Shown here piece by piece: positions 25,278 through 37,312 of a stretch of DNA of 64,000 nucleotides. The DNA comes from Lama glama. Lineage: Eukaryota. The DNA is taken from positions 56,050,001 to 56,114,000 of the forward strand of contig CM052816.1 of NCBI GenBank assembly GCA_028534125.1, given 5' to 3'. Below the pieces are notes generated by a model, which saw only the letters and a list, made by a program, of their open reading frames with translations, did no database searches and was not told where the DNA came from. Numbering within the stretch: position 1 is the stretch's first letter; the number at the start of each line of letters is the position of its first letter. Position numbers and translations under genes: made by a program.

Positions 25278-26096
25278 TAAAAAAATTTATTTTATTGAGT
25301 TACAGTCAGTTTACAATGTTATGCCCATTTCCAGTGTAGAGCACAATTTTTCAGTTACACATGAACATACATATATTCATTGGTGCATACTTTTTCACCG
25401 TGAGCTGCCACAAGATCTTGTATATATTTCCCTGTGCTATATGGTATAATCTTGTTTGTCTATTCTATGTATACCTGTCAGTATCTACAAATTTTGAACT
25501 CCCAGTCTGTCCCTTCCCACCCCCTTACTCTCTGGCAACCACAAATTTGTATTCTATGTCTATGAGTCTGTTTCTGTTTTGTATTTATGTTCATTTGTCT
25601 TTTTCTTTTTCTTTTTTTTTTTTTAAGATTCCACATATGAGTGATCTCATATGGTATTTTTCTTTCTCTTTCTGGCTTATTTCACTTAGGATAACATTCT
25701 CCAGGGACATCCATGTTGCTGCAAATGGCATGTTGTCATTTTTATGGCTGAATAGTATTCCATTGTATAAATATGCCACATCTTCCTTATCCAAGCATCT
25801 GTCGATGGATATTTAGGCTGTTTCCATGTCTTGGCTATTAAATAGTGCTGGTATGAACATTGGGGTGCAGGTGTCTTTTTGAGGTAGGATTCTTTCTGGA
25901 TATATGACCGGGAGTGGGATTACTGGGTCATACGGTAAGTCTATTCCTAATCTTTTGAGGAATCTCCATACTGTTTTCCACAGTGGCTGCACCAAACTGC
26001 ATTTCTGTCAGCAGTGTAGGAGTGTTCCCTTTTCTCTACAGCCTCTCCAGCATTTGTCATTTGTGGACTTTTGAATGATGGCCATTCTGACTGGTG
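25278..26096 (-). mobile_element. 5'-truncated L1 with a 17-bp TSD
   Basis: L1 ORF2 C-terminus and 3' UTR; TSD CAGAATTCACAACTTTT at 25261-25277 and 26097-26113. Confidence 0.92.
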
Positions 26097-27129
26097 CAGA
26101 ATTCACAACTTTTAACTTTGTTGGGAGATGCCTTGGAGGTGAGATGAGAGAGAACACTGAAATAATTCCTTCTGTAGTGAAAAGAAATACATTCATTTTT
26201 AAGCCAGCTTTGGATTTAAGGACTTAACTCAGTTAATGCTTCCAAATCTCAAGAAAAGGTTAAAAGAATGCTTGAGATCAACAATATTAAAATCAAGTCA
26301 GATGTATCTGGAAATTGCCAGATTTCTGGAGCTCCAAGGCTAAAGTTTTTCACTGTAAGACATGCTCTTAAGGGTCCTCAAATGTGACACAGTACCCACT
26401 GTTCTATTAGGAAGGGCTTGGGTGTCAGATCCATGTCTAGGTCTGGGGTTTGCCACTCATTCTCTGTGTGACTTTGGGGAAATGAACCTCTCCAAGGTTC
26501 CTGTAAAATAAGAATATTAATTGGGGCCACCACATATCTTTGCTGTAAAGCTTGAAAGAGAGTGAATGGTGTGCTTTTAGCACAGTTCTGACATATTCTG
26601 GCACTTAATAAAAGATAGCTGTTAAAAAAGAAATCCCAACTTACCAAGTAAGGTTTTTTTTTTTCCCTCCAATAATGTTCTTTATGCAAATTTCAGAGTA
26701 TTTAAATGATTGGATTTCAGGAAAACAGGACTGTTTCATTTTGTGTGTGTAAAAACATAAATAAAGGAATAATCCTTGACTAATAATAAAAATAAGCCCA
26801 GAAGTGATTATTTTTCTATTTAAAAACCATAATCTAAAAAGGTTTAAGAATGAAGGATAATGAATTTCTCTTTTTATGCTTTAATTAGTTTAATAATTCT
26901 TGCCTTTGCTCTGCAGCAGTTTTCTGGTAAGCAGCCCCATACATACACAGTGCAGTGTTTTCTGGAGTATGCTGACATATTGTCAGTGATTTAGGAGATG
27001 TTTTTAACTGGTATTCAGGTGAACATTTTAAGTTACAATAGAACTTTGTATGATCTAATACATCAAGTTGGTGGTTTCATAGGTTTTATAGTGTAAGGTG
27101 AATAAAATGTTTCTAAAAAAGTAAGTTGA

Positions 27130-27478
27130 GATTCTGATGCATGCTACAACATGGGTGAACCTTGAAACCATTATGCTAAATGAAATAAGCCAGACGCAAA
27201 AGGACAATTACCGTACGATTCCACTTATTAGGCTCCTAGATAGACTAATTTATTGAGACAGAAAGTAGGATAGTGGTTACGAGAGGCTGGAGGGAAAAGG
27301 ACTGGGGAATTATTGTTTAATCAGTACATAGTTTCTCTTTGGGTTGATGAAAAACTTCTGGACCTGGAGAGTGGTGATGATTGTTTAACAGTGTGAATGT
27401 ACTTAACTGCCACTGAATTGTGAACTTAGAAATGGTTAAAATTGTACATTTGATATGTTTATTTTACCAAATTAAGAA
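27130..27478 (+). mobile_element. Old L1M 3' end
   Basis: CATGCTACAACATGGGTGAACCTTGAAACCATTATGCTAAATGAAATAAGCCAG...GCCACTGAATTG. Confidence 0.8.
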
Positions 27479-28171
27479 AGGGGAGGAGAAGAAAAAATGA
27501 ATTGAGAAAAACAGTAGTTAAGTAGTGTTAGAGGCACTTGATACACTGGAAGAAATGTTGATGGTGGTATGCAAGTTATTGAAGTTTAATTAATGCTTGG
27601 AAAGGAAAAATCTGTGACTTAGGGAGGGAAACCTGGTCTGTGTTCAGTCTCATCCTGCTATGAACTTAGAGTGGACCCGTACACCACTCTGTAAAAAGCA
27701 TTGGATGAGAATGCAAGACTTCTTAGACTAGTTACTACCCTGAAGTTCTCTGATTCTGGGCTTTGCCTTTGGGTTCTTTATTCAGGTGACCTAGTTTGCC
27801 TATTTAATAGAATTTCCTTCTTTTCATTAATAAAACAACAAAAAAAGAAGAAAATATATTTTTTCCTTTTTTCAGTTTTATTGTGTAGAATTATTACAGT
27901 TTGCACATACACTTTATATTGCATGCAAATACATATATACAGTATATTGCACTTCTTTTTAGTTTACATATATGTACCAATTATTGTTTCTAAGAACAGA
28001 TTAGATCTTTAGCTTTTTAAACTTACATAGTTATCAAAGGAGTAAAGCCAACTACAAAATAAGAATCAACAGAATATGGTAATCCAGTCATAAAGGACAG
28101 TCATATGTGCTTACACATTCAAGAAATCAAAATAATAATTAGTTCATTGGTGTCATTATTATTGTTATTAG

Positions 28172-28935
28172 TTTTTAGATTCTTCATGTAAGTGATGTCA
28201 TGTTATTTTTCTTTCTCTTTCTGGCTCACTTCACTTAGAACGACAATCTTCAGGTCCATCCATATTGCTGCAAATGGCATTATTTTATTCTTTTTTATGG
28301 CTGAGTAGTGTTCCATTGTATATATGTACCACATCTTCTTTATCCAGTCATCTGTTAATGAATATTTGGGTTGTTTCCATGTCTTGGCTATTGTAAATAG
28401 TGCTGCTATGAGCATTGGGGTGCATGTGTCTTTTTGAATTTTTTCTCTGGATATATGCCCAGGAGTGGGATGGCTGGATCACGTGGTAAGTCTGTTTTAG
28501 TTTTTTAAGGAACCTCTATACTGTCCTCCATAGTGGCTGCACCAATCTACACTCCCACCAACAGTATAGGAGGGTTCCCTTATCTCCACATCCTCTCCAG
28601 CATTTATCATTTGTTGACTTTTCAGTGATGGGCATTCTGGCTGGTGTGAGGTGGTATCTCATTGTAGTTTTGATCTGCATTTGTCTTAACAATTAGCGAT
28701 GCTGAGCATTTTTTCATGTGCCTATTGGCCATTTGTGTGTCTTCATTGAAGAATTGCTTGTTTAGGTCTTCTGCCCATTTTTGGATTGGATTGCTTGTTT
28801 CTTTGATATTAAGGTGTCTGAGCTGTTTGTGTATTTTGAAAATTAGTCCCTTGTCAGTCACATCATTTGCAGATATTTTCTCCCATTCTGTAGGTTGTCT
28901 TTTCATTTTATTGTTGGTATCCTTAGCTATACAAA
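28172..28935 (-). mobile_element. L1 ORF2 3' fragment
   Basis: Minus-strand [10 protein letters not shown] and AALFTIAKTWKQPK L1 ORF2 motifs. Confidence 0.9.
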
Positions 28936-31770
28936 AGAAGGAAATACATTTTGAACATAACATTAGCATTTAAAATCTTTTAAGAAAGTTAATTTAGTAA
29001 TAGTAGATGAAAAAGAAAGAAAATCACCCATAAACTTGCTGTTCTATCAGTCTCTTTTTCCTTATATGTCCATTTTGTATTCTTTGTCTAAAATATGATA
29101 TTTTTATGTGGTTGTAATCAACTGTGCTTTTGTGGACCAAGTTTTTGGCAGCAGTCTTCACATATTAATTTACATTTCATCCTTTTTAATCATGATTACT
29201 GTTTGCAGATGAAAAATTTAAATTTTTCATTCATACCTTGTTTTGGTAGCTAGAGTCTTTTGAGTTGGTTTAAGGGGAATACTGTGATATTGACCCTTCC
29301 TGGGCTTCATCTAGTCAATGGTATGGTACATTAAATGTCTTCAAATGTTTTACTTGGATGCACAACTGAGATCTTACATGAGAGGAAAAACAGCTATTAA
29401 CGTTCTCTTAACTAGTGTCCTGTTTGTGCTTCTTTCATCCACTATTGACCATTTGTTTTGTGTTTTTAGTTTTGTCTAAATTTTAATCTTTGTTGCAATT
29501 ATTAGATTTGACCACGGAACGTAATGTTGTTTTTACTTAGTTTTCTGTTGCATATTGACTTTGATAGAGACACAAAGATTTGCCAGACTAACAAATAAGC
29601 TTCCTTCACTGTAGAGCTGCTGTTTTATTTTATGGCCCCTTTCTAACTGTAACATCTTATTTAGATAAGCTAAATCCTGGTTAATCTCTCTTGAAATCCA
29701 GCTTTTCCCCTCCTTTTTGTAAGTTGGCTGGAAATCTTGTGATACTGCTTTCATAAATAGTCTCAAAATTTTTTCTTGCTCTCTCCTTTTATTTAGACAT
29801 TTATATTTACTAACAGATGGACTGAATTTATGTGTTCTATTTCTAGGTTTTGATTTTTTTTAAATAAATCAATTTGACTAAAAAATGCATATATATATAT
29901 ATATATACACATATATATTTGTGTGTATGTAAATTTACATATACAAATTAGGTTCCCAAACATGTATGTCAAGTTTTAAAGTCCTTAGGACCAAGATTTC
30001 AGATTATGGTAAAAAAAAATAAGTTCCTCTCATGACCATATCTTCAAAATTTAGAAAAATATGTAATACACTTTTTAGAAAGAGTCATGTATGAGTCTTG
30101 TCTTTTATGTGTTTATCTCATATTTCCCTTAGATTTTCAGTTCCTTGTCTACTAATACTTTTGTTGTGATAAAATAGCTTTGAATGTCACTTTAGAGAAA
30201 GTAACTTTCATATTCTCAGTTTATTTTCTTCTCCCTTTCCCTTTATAAATTTTTTTAAAAATTAAAATTGAAGTTATTGACAGGTATAGATAGCAGTGGG
30301 GCTCTGCACTTTTTATGTTGCATAAATACAAGATAATATATGCTAACTTTATTTATACCTCTTTTAAGAACTAATAGATCAGTATTTGACATAGATCATA
30401 AGTTTATTTTTTACTTACCTTTTTATGAGGGGTATTTTCAAGAGTACACAAATCAGGGTCATCTTCACAATGCATCTGATTGATGTCTCTTAAGTTTCTT
30501 TTAATTTACATTGGTTTCCACTCTTCAAACTCTGTGCCATGTATTAATTGAAGAAACTGAGTTATTCTAAATTTGGCTGGCTGCATACTTTAAACGTCAT
30601 TTCACATATTTGTCTAATGACTTCATTAGATTTGGCTCCAATTGTCTTGTTGCATTACATCTAGATACATATAGTATTTGGTTGTCTTGCTTTTAGTAAG
30701 ACTGATAAGTGTGAGTATGCAGACCCATCACAGATAAGTGTGTTTACCTACTGAAATATTTGTGCAGCAATGCTCCTGGCAGCCCAGATGCCCACCAGCA
30801 GTAGAATGCTAACGTGTGTATGTGTATGATGGAATACTCCTAGCAATAAAAGGACAAATTAAATGATAGATGCAGCACCACTTAGGTTTCTCACAGAAGT
30901 GATGTTGAGTGAAAGGAAAGATATTTTCATTAGGATTACATTAAATTAATAGGTTGTTTTAGGGGGAAATGCTACCTTTATGATGCCGAATCTTTCTTTT
31001 CAAGAACGTGGTTTTTCTTCCCTGTTATTCACTTTGCTTCTTTCAGACATGCTATTTTATAGTTTTCCTTATATGGGTTTTTGTTTATTGTTGTTAAAAT
31101 TTAAGTCTGTGTTTTTGCCGTTGTAAACGGGGTCATCTTTTCTATTTATTATTTCTTCTTACTGGTTATTGTTAGATATGTGAGGGCTTGATTTGTGTAT
31201 ATAGTCTTACAGTCTGCCATTTTACAACATTTTCTTATTGTTTGGAATAGTGTTTCCATTGATTCTTTTGGGTTTTTCAATTAAATATATTGTTTGCAAA
31301 TTGAAGTAGAGATAGTATTCCCCTCCCACCAGCCCTTGCACCCATCCCCAGTTGTTATGCCTCAAGGGGTTTTCTCTTATCTAATTGCACTGAAAAGTAT
31401 CTGTAATGTTACATATTAGTGAAGTCCTTATTTTTCTTGACTTTAGTGAAACAGTCTTTAGTGTTTCACTTCTAAGGTGCTGGCTTTTTTTAAGCAGCTG
31501 TACACATGAGAGGTAGAGCTTACATACTGTAATTTTTACCCATTGCAACTGTACAGTTCAGTGATTTTTTTTTAGTAAATTTATAGGGTAATGCAGCCAT
31601 CACCACAATCTAGTTGTAGAACATTTCTGTTCTTCTAAAAATTTCCCTTGTGTTGTTTTATAGTGACTTTTATGTTGACAGGTATATGAGGATATGTTTG
31701 TGTGTGTGTTTATATGTGTATGTATATATCCTATACCTGTATAAATATTTATCAATTAAGGAATTATCTG

Positions 31771-33150
31771 TTTTTTAAAATTGAAGTATAGTGGATTTAT
31801 AGTATTAGTTTCAGGTGTACAATATAGTGATTCAATATTTTTATAGATTATACTCCATTTAAAATTATAAAATAATGATTGTATTTCTCTGTGCTGCACA
31901 ATATATCCTTGTAGCTTATTTTATATGTAGTAGTTTGTACTTCTTAGTCCCCTACCCCTATCTTGCCCCGTCCCCTTTTCTTCCCCCACTGATAACCACC
32001 AGTTTGTTCTCTGTATTGGTGAGTCTCTTTCTGGTTTGTTACATTCATTTGTTTTATTTTTTAGATGTCACATACAAGTAATAACATACAATATTTGTCT
32101 TTCTCTAACTTACTTCACTAAGCATCATACCATCTAGGTCCATCCAAGTTGTTCTTTTTCTTTTATTCTTTAAAAGAAAAAAATTATTTTTTATAGCTGA
32201 GTAGTATTCCCCTGAATACCATGTCTTCTTCATCCTTTCATCTGTTGATGGACACTTGGATTGCTTCCGTATCTTAGCTATTGTAAATAATGTTGCTATG
32301 AACATTGGAGTGAATGTATCTTTTTAAATTAGTGTTTTTGTTTTTCTTCAGATATATACCCAGCAGTGGAATTGCTGGGTCATATGGTAGTTCTATTTTC
32401 AGTTTTTTGAGGAACATCCATACTATTTTCCATAGTGGCTGCACAAATTTACATTTCCTCCAACAGTGTACTAGGGTTCCCTTTTCGCCACATCCTCTCT
32501 AACATTTGTTATTTGTGGTCTTTTTTAATTATAGACATTCTGACGGGTGTTGGGGCGATATCTCGTGATTTTGACTTGCATTTCTCTGATGATTAGCTGT
32601 GTTGAGCATCTTTTTATGTGCCTGTTGGCCATCTGTGTGTCTTTGGAAAAATGTCTATTTGGGTCTTCTGCCCATATTTTAATTTTTTTTTTTTTTACTG
32701 AGTTGTATGAGCTGTTTATGTAGTTTGCATATTAACCCTTTATTGGTCATATCATTTGCAAATATTTTCCTCCTAGTAGGTTGTCCTTCATTTTGTTGAT
32801 GGTTTCCTTTGCTGGGCAAAAGCCTTTCAATTTAATTAGGTCCCACTTGTTTACTTTTGCTTTTGTTTCCTTTGTCTTAGGAGACAGATCCAAAAAATAC
32901 TGCTTCTATTTATGTCAAAGAGTTTTCTGCGTATGTTTTCTTCCAGGAGTTTTATGGTTTTAGTTCTTACATTTAGGTCTTTAATCCATCTGGAGTTTAT
33001 TTTTGTAAGTGGCATGAGAAAATGTTCTAATTTCATTCTTCTACATGTAGCTGCCTAGTTTTCCCAACACCACTTATTGAAGAGACTGTCTTTTCTCCAT
33101 TGTATATTCTTGCCTCCTTTGTCATATTAATTGACCATATGTGTGTGGGC
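31771..33150 (-). mobile_element. L1 ORF2 3' part plus 3' UTR
   Basis: Minus-strand [13 protein letters not shown]...IKLLEENI; the 3' terminus lies near 31771. Confidence 0.9.
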
Positions 33151-33382
33151 ATTAATTCTTATTTCATTGCTGGTTTTTAATACATATGAGTGCTTTAAAG
33201 TTTTCTTTTTGACATACATTTAAATCAGCAGGCTCAAGTTGTAGTCTACCTTGGCATAGTAAAAAAGAAGTCTCCTTACAATAAAATGCTGCACTAGTAC
33301 AATAAAAAGTTTTTTCTGTGAGTTAAAGAAGATAGCATTTCATATTCTGAAACATTTTGTCCCCTGTTGTTTGTTAAAGAGG

Positions 33383-33514
33383 ATGGCATTCCCTGTGGAT
33401 ATGCTGGATAATTGCAGTCACGAGGAACTGGAAAATTCTGCTGAAGATTACATGTCAGATCTAAGGTGTGGAGACCCTGAAAATCCTGAGTGTTTTTCTC
33501 TTCTCAATATTACG
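33383..33514 (+). CDS. FAM169A: FAM169A exon 2 (first coding; aa 1-44, MAFPVDMLDN...FSLLNIT)
   Basis: Recognised N-terminus; acceptor AAG|AGG at 33379/33380, strong Kozak AGGATGG, donor ACG|GTAAGG; 132 nt. Confidence 0.95.
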
Positions 33515-34579
33515 GTAAGGTGTCCTGCAGTGATTTTTATCAATCTTTTCAATTGAGTTTATACATGAAATCAATATAATTTTATTATCATTTTAAAGTG
33601 TTAGCTAATCACTTCCGAAATTTTTATCAGAAGACTTCAGTAGAGAGGATAAATATTGATTAGTTGGTAAAAAAGCATGACCAAGTTTTAAAAAGACAAA
33701 CTATAGGCTATTGCTTATTATTTGTGTTGTGCCTTTAAAATTATATCTAAGCAGTTTACCAGTTTTGCTAAGACTGGTTACCATATTTAAGCTAACTCGT
33801 TTCCTTTAGATTTGGAATTTGTAGTTTTAGAAATTTTTTAATTAAAAAATTAAGCAAAACAGTAAATTACACATTTTTTTTAATCACAAATCTTCCTTTC
33901 CCCAAAGTATTAAAATAAGCTGTAATTAGTAATCTGAGATGTATTTGATAGAAAGATCCTTAGACTTGAAATTATTAGAATTCTAGTGTGAATTTGATGA
34001 TAGACAAATTCTCTAACCTCTCTATGCCTTTTCTTCTGGAGTTTTCTTCTGGAAAATGATGTTTATTTTAAAGGATTCTTCAAAGTTTCTCCCAGCATCA
34101 ATATTTTACAATTCCCTGAATTGTAATATTATGTGTAAATAGGGAATTAGTGTCAGATTAATGAAGGCAGAAAAATTTTAAACTACTGCATATATCTCAC
34201 TGGAAAAATGAATTTGTCCTGGTATCTTTTACTAGAAAATGGAATTTTTCCTCCTCAAGTAGTCTAAATAACAGATAATAAAGTTGTTTAACAATGTTAG
34301 TGATCATATCATGCTTTTGTTGCTATTCAGATGCATAGCTAGAGTACAGGAGTATTTATTGAAATAGACTTTCTTTTTTTTTTTTGCAAGATAATAAAAT
34401 TCCTGCAGAAATGAAGTCTATCTAAATTACTCTTTTTTTTTTTGAGACTGCAAATATCGCCTATGAAATGAAATTATTTAGAGTTAATGTATGTTAAAAA
34501 TTTTGGTAGAAGTGTGGTGTTTTTGTCTGATATTTTCTTTACTGACTCTTCACTAATCTTTAATCAATTGTCATTGCAG

Positions 34580-34679
34580 ATTCCTATTAGCCTGTCAAAT
34601 GTAGGCTTTGTACCTCTTTATGGTGGAGATCAGACCCAGAAAATTCTTGCTCTTTTTGCTCCTGAGGACTCACTCACAG
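34580..34679 (+). CDS. FAM169A: FAM169A exon 3 (IPISLSNVGFVPLYGG...EDSLT)
   Basis: Acceptor TTGCAG|, donor CAG|GTCTCT; 100 nt, in frame with its neighbours. Confidence 0.92.
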
Positions 34680-34984
34680 GTCTCTATTTTGCTTAATCTT
34701 TATACACTGACGGATTTTTCTTCAAACAATTAGAAATTTGTTACAAATAGGTACATGAAGGAATTAAAAAAAAAACTTCTTCAAACTGTAAATTTAGGAA
34801 AATATAATGCTCATTTGCTTATAATTAAATGTTTAGTGAGTAAAATAAAATAAAAATGGTATAAATGGGGCCACATTGTATTGTAAAGTATAGGTATATT
34901 TAAGCGTATCTGTATAAACCTTACCAAATGGTAATATTGTTTACTTTAAGACTTAACTGTTAATAATCATGTATTCTCTTTTAG

Positions 34985-35070
34985 CTGTGGCCCTTTACCT
35001 TGCTGATCAGTGGTGGGCTATTGATGATATTGTGAAAACATCTGTCCCTTCTAGAGAGGGGCTTAAGCAG
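34985..35070 (+). CDS. FAM169A: FAM169A exon 4 (AVALYLADQWWAIDDIVKTSVPSREGLKQ)
   Basis: Acceptor CTCTTTTAG|, donor CAG|GTAACA; 86 nt, phase 1 to 0. Not in the ORF track. Confidence 0.92.
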
Positions 35071-35339
35071 GTAACAAGATCGTGTAATTTTAGAAGTGTT
35101 TCTTATGAGGCTTTTATTTCATGATATGTTTCCCACAAACAGTGATAGTTTTTGAAGTTATTGAGCTCTTCTCCACTTAAGTGTTAGCAGGTGATATTAG
35201 CCCTTAGAGTTTCATTGTTGTTGTGAAATTGGCACTCAGTTTGGGCTTCCTCAGTTTTACGTGGTTCTAAAAGTGTCTGCGAATGGGGGTGCGAGGTGGC
35301 GCGGAGAATGAGTACCTGTGGTTCAGCTGAGGGGTAGTT

Positions 35340-36260
35340 ACTCACATCAGCATCAGTTGCTGAGTTTCTTTTTGGGTGGGAGAAAGCTCATTCTCTCTGT
35401 GTGGTCGCTTCGGTTCTCCATCTCTAGGAGAGACCAGGAAACTTGCTTATAAGTAGGGCCATTTTGGGTAGTCTATTCAGTTGTTTCAGACAGTGGAATG
35501 GGAGAGAGGTCCTCAACAGCATGCTGTGAAACAGTCCTTTGTCCTGTCCCAGTCACCATTTTATCAGTTACTTAGAGGAAGACATAGGTGGCGTGCTTAT
35601 CAGTTCTGCGTGCCACAGTGCTGAATGGGAGAACTAATCTGTAAAGGCAGATTTAGGAAGCAAAGAGAAAGAACTAACACGATGAAAATAAGTGACTAGG
35701 TGAAGTCAGATCCTTGGGTTCAAAAAACTAGCTGTACGTGTACAGCATGAAGACCAAACTAAAACAGCAGCACACATGAAAAAGGTTGGGCTTAGTTAAT
35801 TAGAAATAAAATCAAGGTAAGCAAGAAAGCTAATAAAAACCTTAACATTTACGCAGAAAAGCCCCATTAGCTTTCAGTCTCTTCAGTGCTTATATTTGTA
35901 ATATCTGTGTGCCCAGCCTGAAGAGAGATGTTACAGCTCTGGGGTAATTTCAGGGGAGAGGACTGGAAAGGCAGGAGCACCCCAGATCGTTTTGGATTAG
36001 TCTTTTCCTGTGTTTAGCTTTGATATGAAATTTAGAGGAATCTCATGTCAGTCTTCAAATATCTGTAGACTGTGGCTCCAGAATATCAAAGTATAGTCTT
36101 TGGGAATGAGATTTCAGCTCAGTATGAGGAGTTTTATCCTGGTCAGAGCCATTCAAGGAAGGCATGGGCTGCCTTGTAAGCTAGCGAGCTTTTTTATTTC
36201 ATGCGGTGTTTGGTATTACAGATCCCCTCTCAGGGAGGTTTTTGAGGAGTTGTGTATGCT
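35340..36260 (+). mobile_element. Probable ancient CR1/L3 LINE remnant
   Basis: Degenerate L3-like motifs (GCTTATCAGTTCTGCG, TTGGGTTCAAAAAACTAGCTGTAC, GATTTCAGCTCAGTATGAGGAG, TGGGCTGCCTTGTAAG). Confidence 0.5.
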
Positions 36261-37140
36261 TTTTCTCTCCCTTTACCTCCTTAAAGAAGACTCTTGTTTT
36301 TCTGTAAGGAGACTTGGGAGAAAAATAGATTTCACGGGTAGACTCTTATTTTCAGCAGTAAAAGGTGTCTGTGCGGAAAACCCCACTGTTCAATGTCAGA
36401 TAGTTGGTAACGGGGTCTTCTGTAGGACTGCATGTAGGAAGTGAGGCTCTGTTTCCATTCTGTGATTGCCTCAAGTCACCAGACATCCTGGTGCCACTGT
36501 CATTGCTCATCTGGTCTGGCAGAGGGCTATGTGTGTATGTGTGTTGCGGGTAGACGGGAATTCCTTATAGTTAGACAGCAGAGACATAATTGATAAATAA
36601 ACATTTACCTGGAAAAGATGAGACCGATTCCTTTCCCAAGAGCATAATTATGGCTTTGCTCATCAAATGAGATAATTGTTATTAAAGTCTTTAGGGTATA
36701 ACACAAAGGGTCCCCCTTTCCTTCCTTCCTTTCTTTTTTTTAATGTTTAGGCTGGAATGGGGTGAAAAAGAGTTGAAGCACTAGAGATGGTGGGGTCAGC
36801 AGTTAGAGATTGTGATCTGGGCAGCTGGAAGCAGAAAGAAAACACCGAGTGTTAAAGAGGAGATGCTGGGGCTTGGTATATTGGAAGCCTGTTTTGCCTG
36901 TTTTAGAATTTGCTGAGAGGCATTATTCCATGCATAACTTGTGTCTATAGAAATGAATTGTTATTGGTATGAATGACTCGTCTCATTTTGTGATCATAAA
37001 ATGGTTTACAAATCATTTTGAATGTATTCAAAGTGCTGTGAACTTCAGTATGAGGTATGGAAGCAGGGAGCAAGGTAGACTGCATCTCTGAATTGCTGCG
37101 TATTGTAACTGTTGTGCCTGGTGTCTGACTCTCTTTGTAG

Positions 37141-37312
37141 GTGAGAACTCTCGGGGAGAGAGTGGTTCTCTATGTTCTGAATCGAATTATTTATAGAAAG
37201 CAGGAAATGGAGAGGAATGAGATCCCATTCCTGTGTCATAGCAGTACTGATTATGCTAAGATTCTGTGGAAGAAAGGAGAGGCCATTGGGTTTTATTCAG
37301 TTAAGCCTACAG
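37141..37312 (+). CDS. FAM169A: FAM169A exon 5 (VRTLGERVVLYVLNRII...GFYSVKPT)
   Basis: Acceptor CTTTGTAG|, donor CAG|GTGAGT; 172 nt. Confidence 0.95.
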
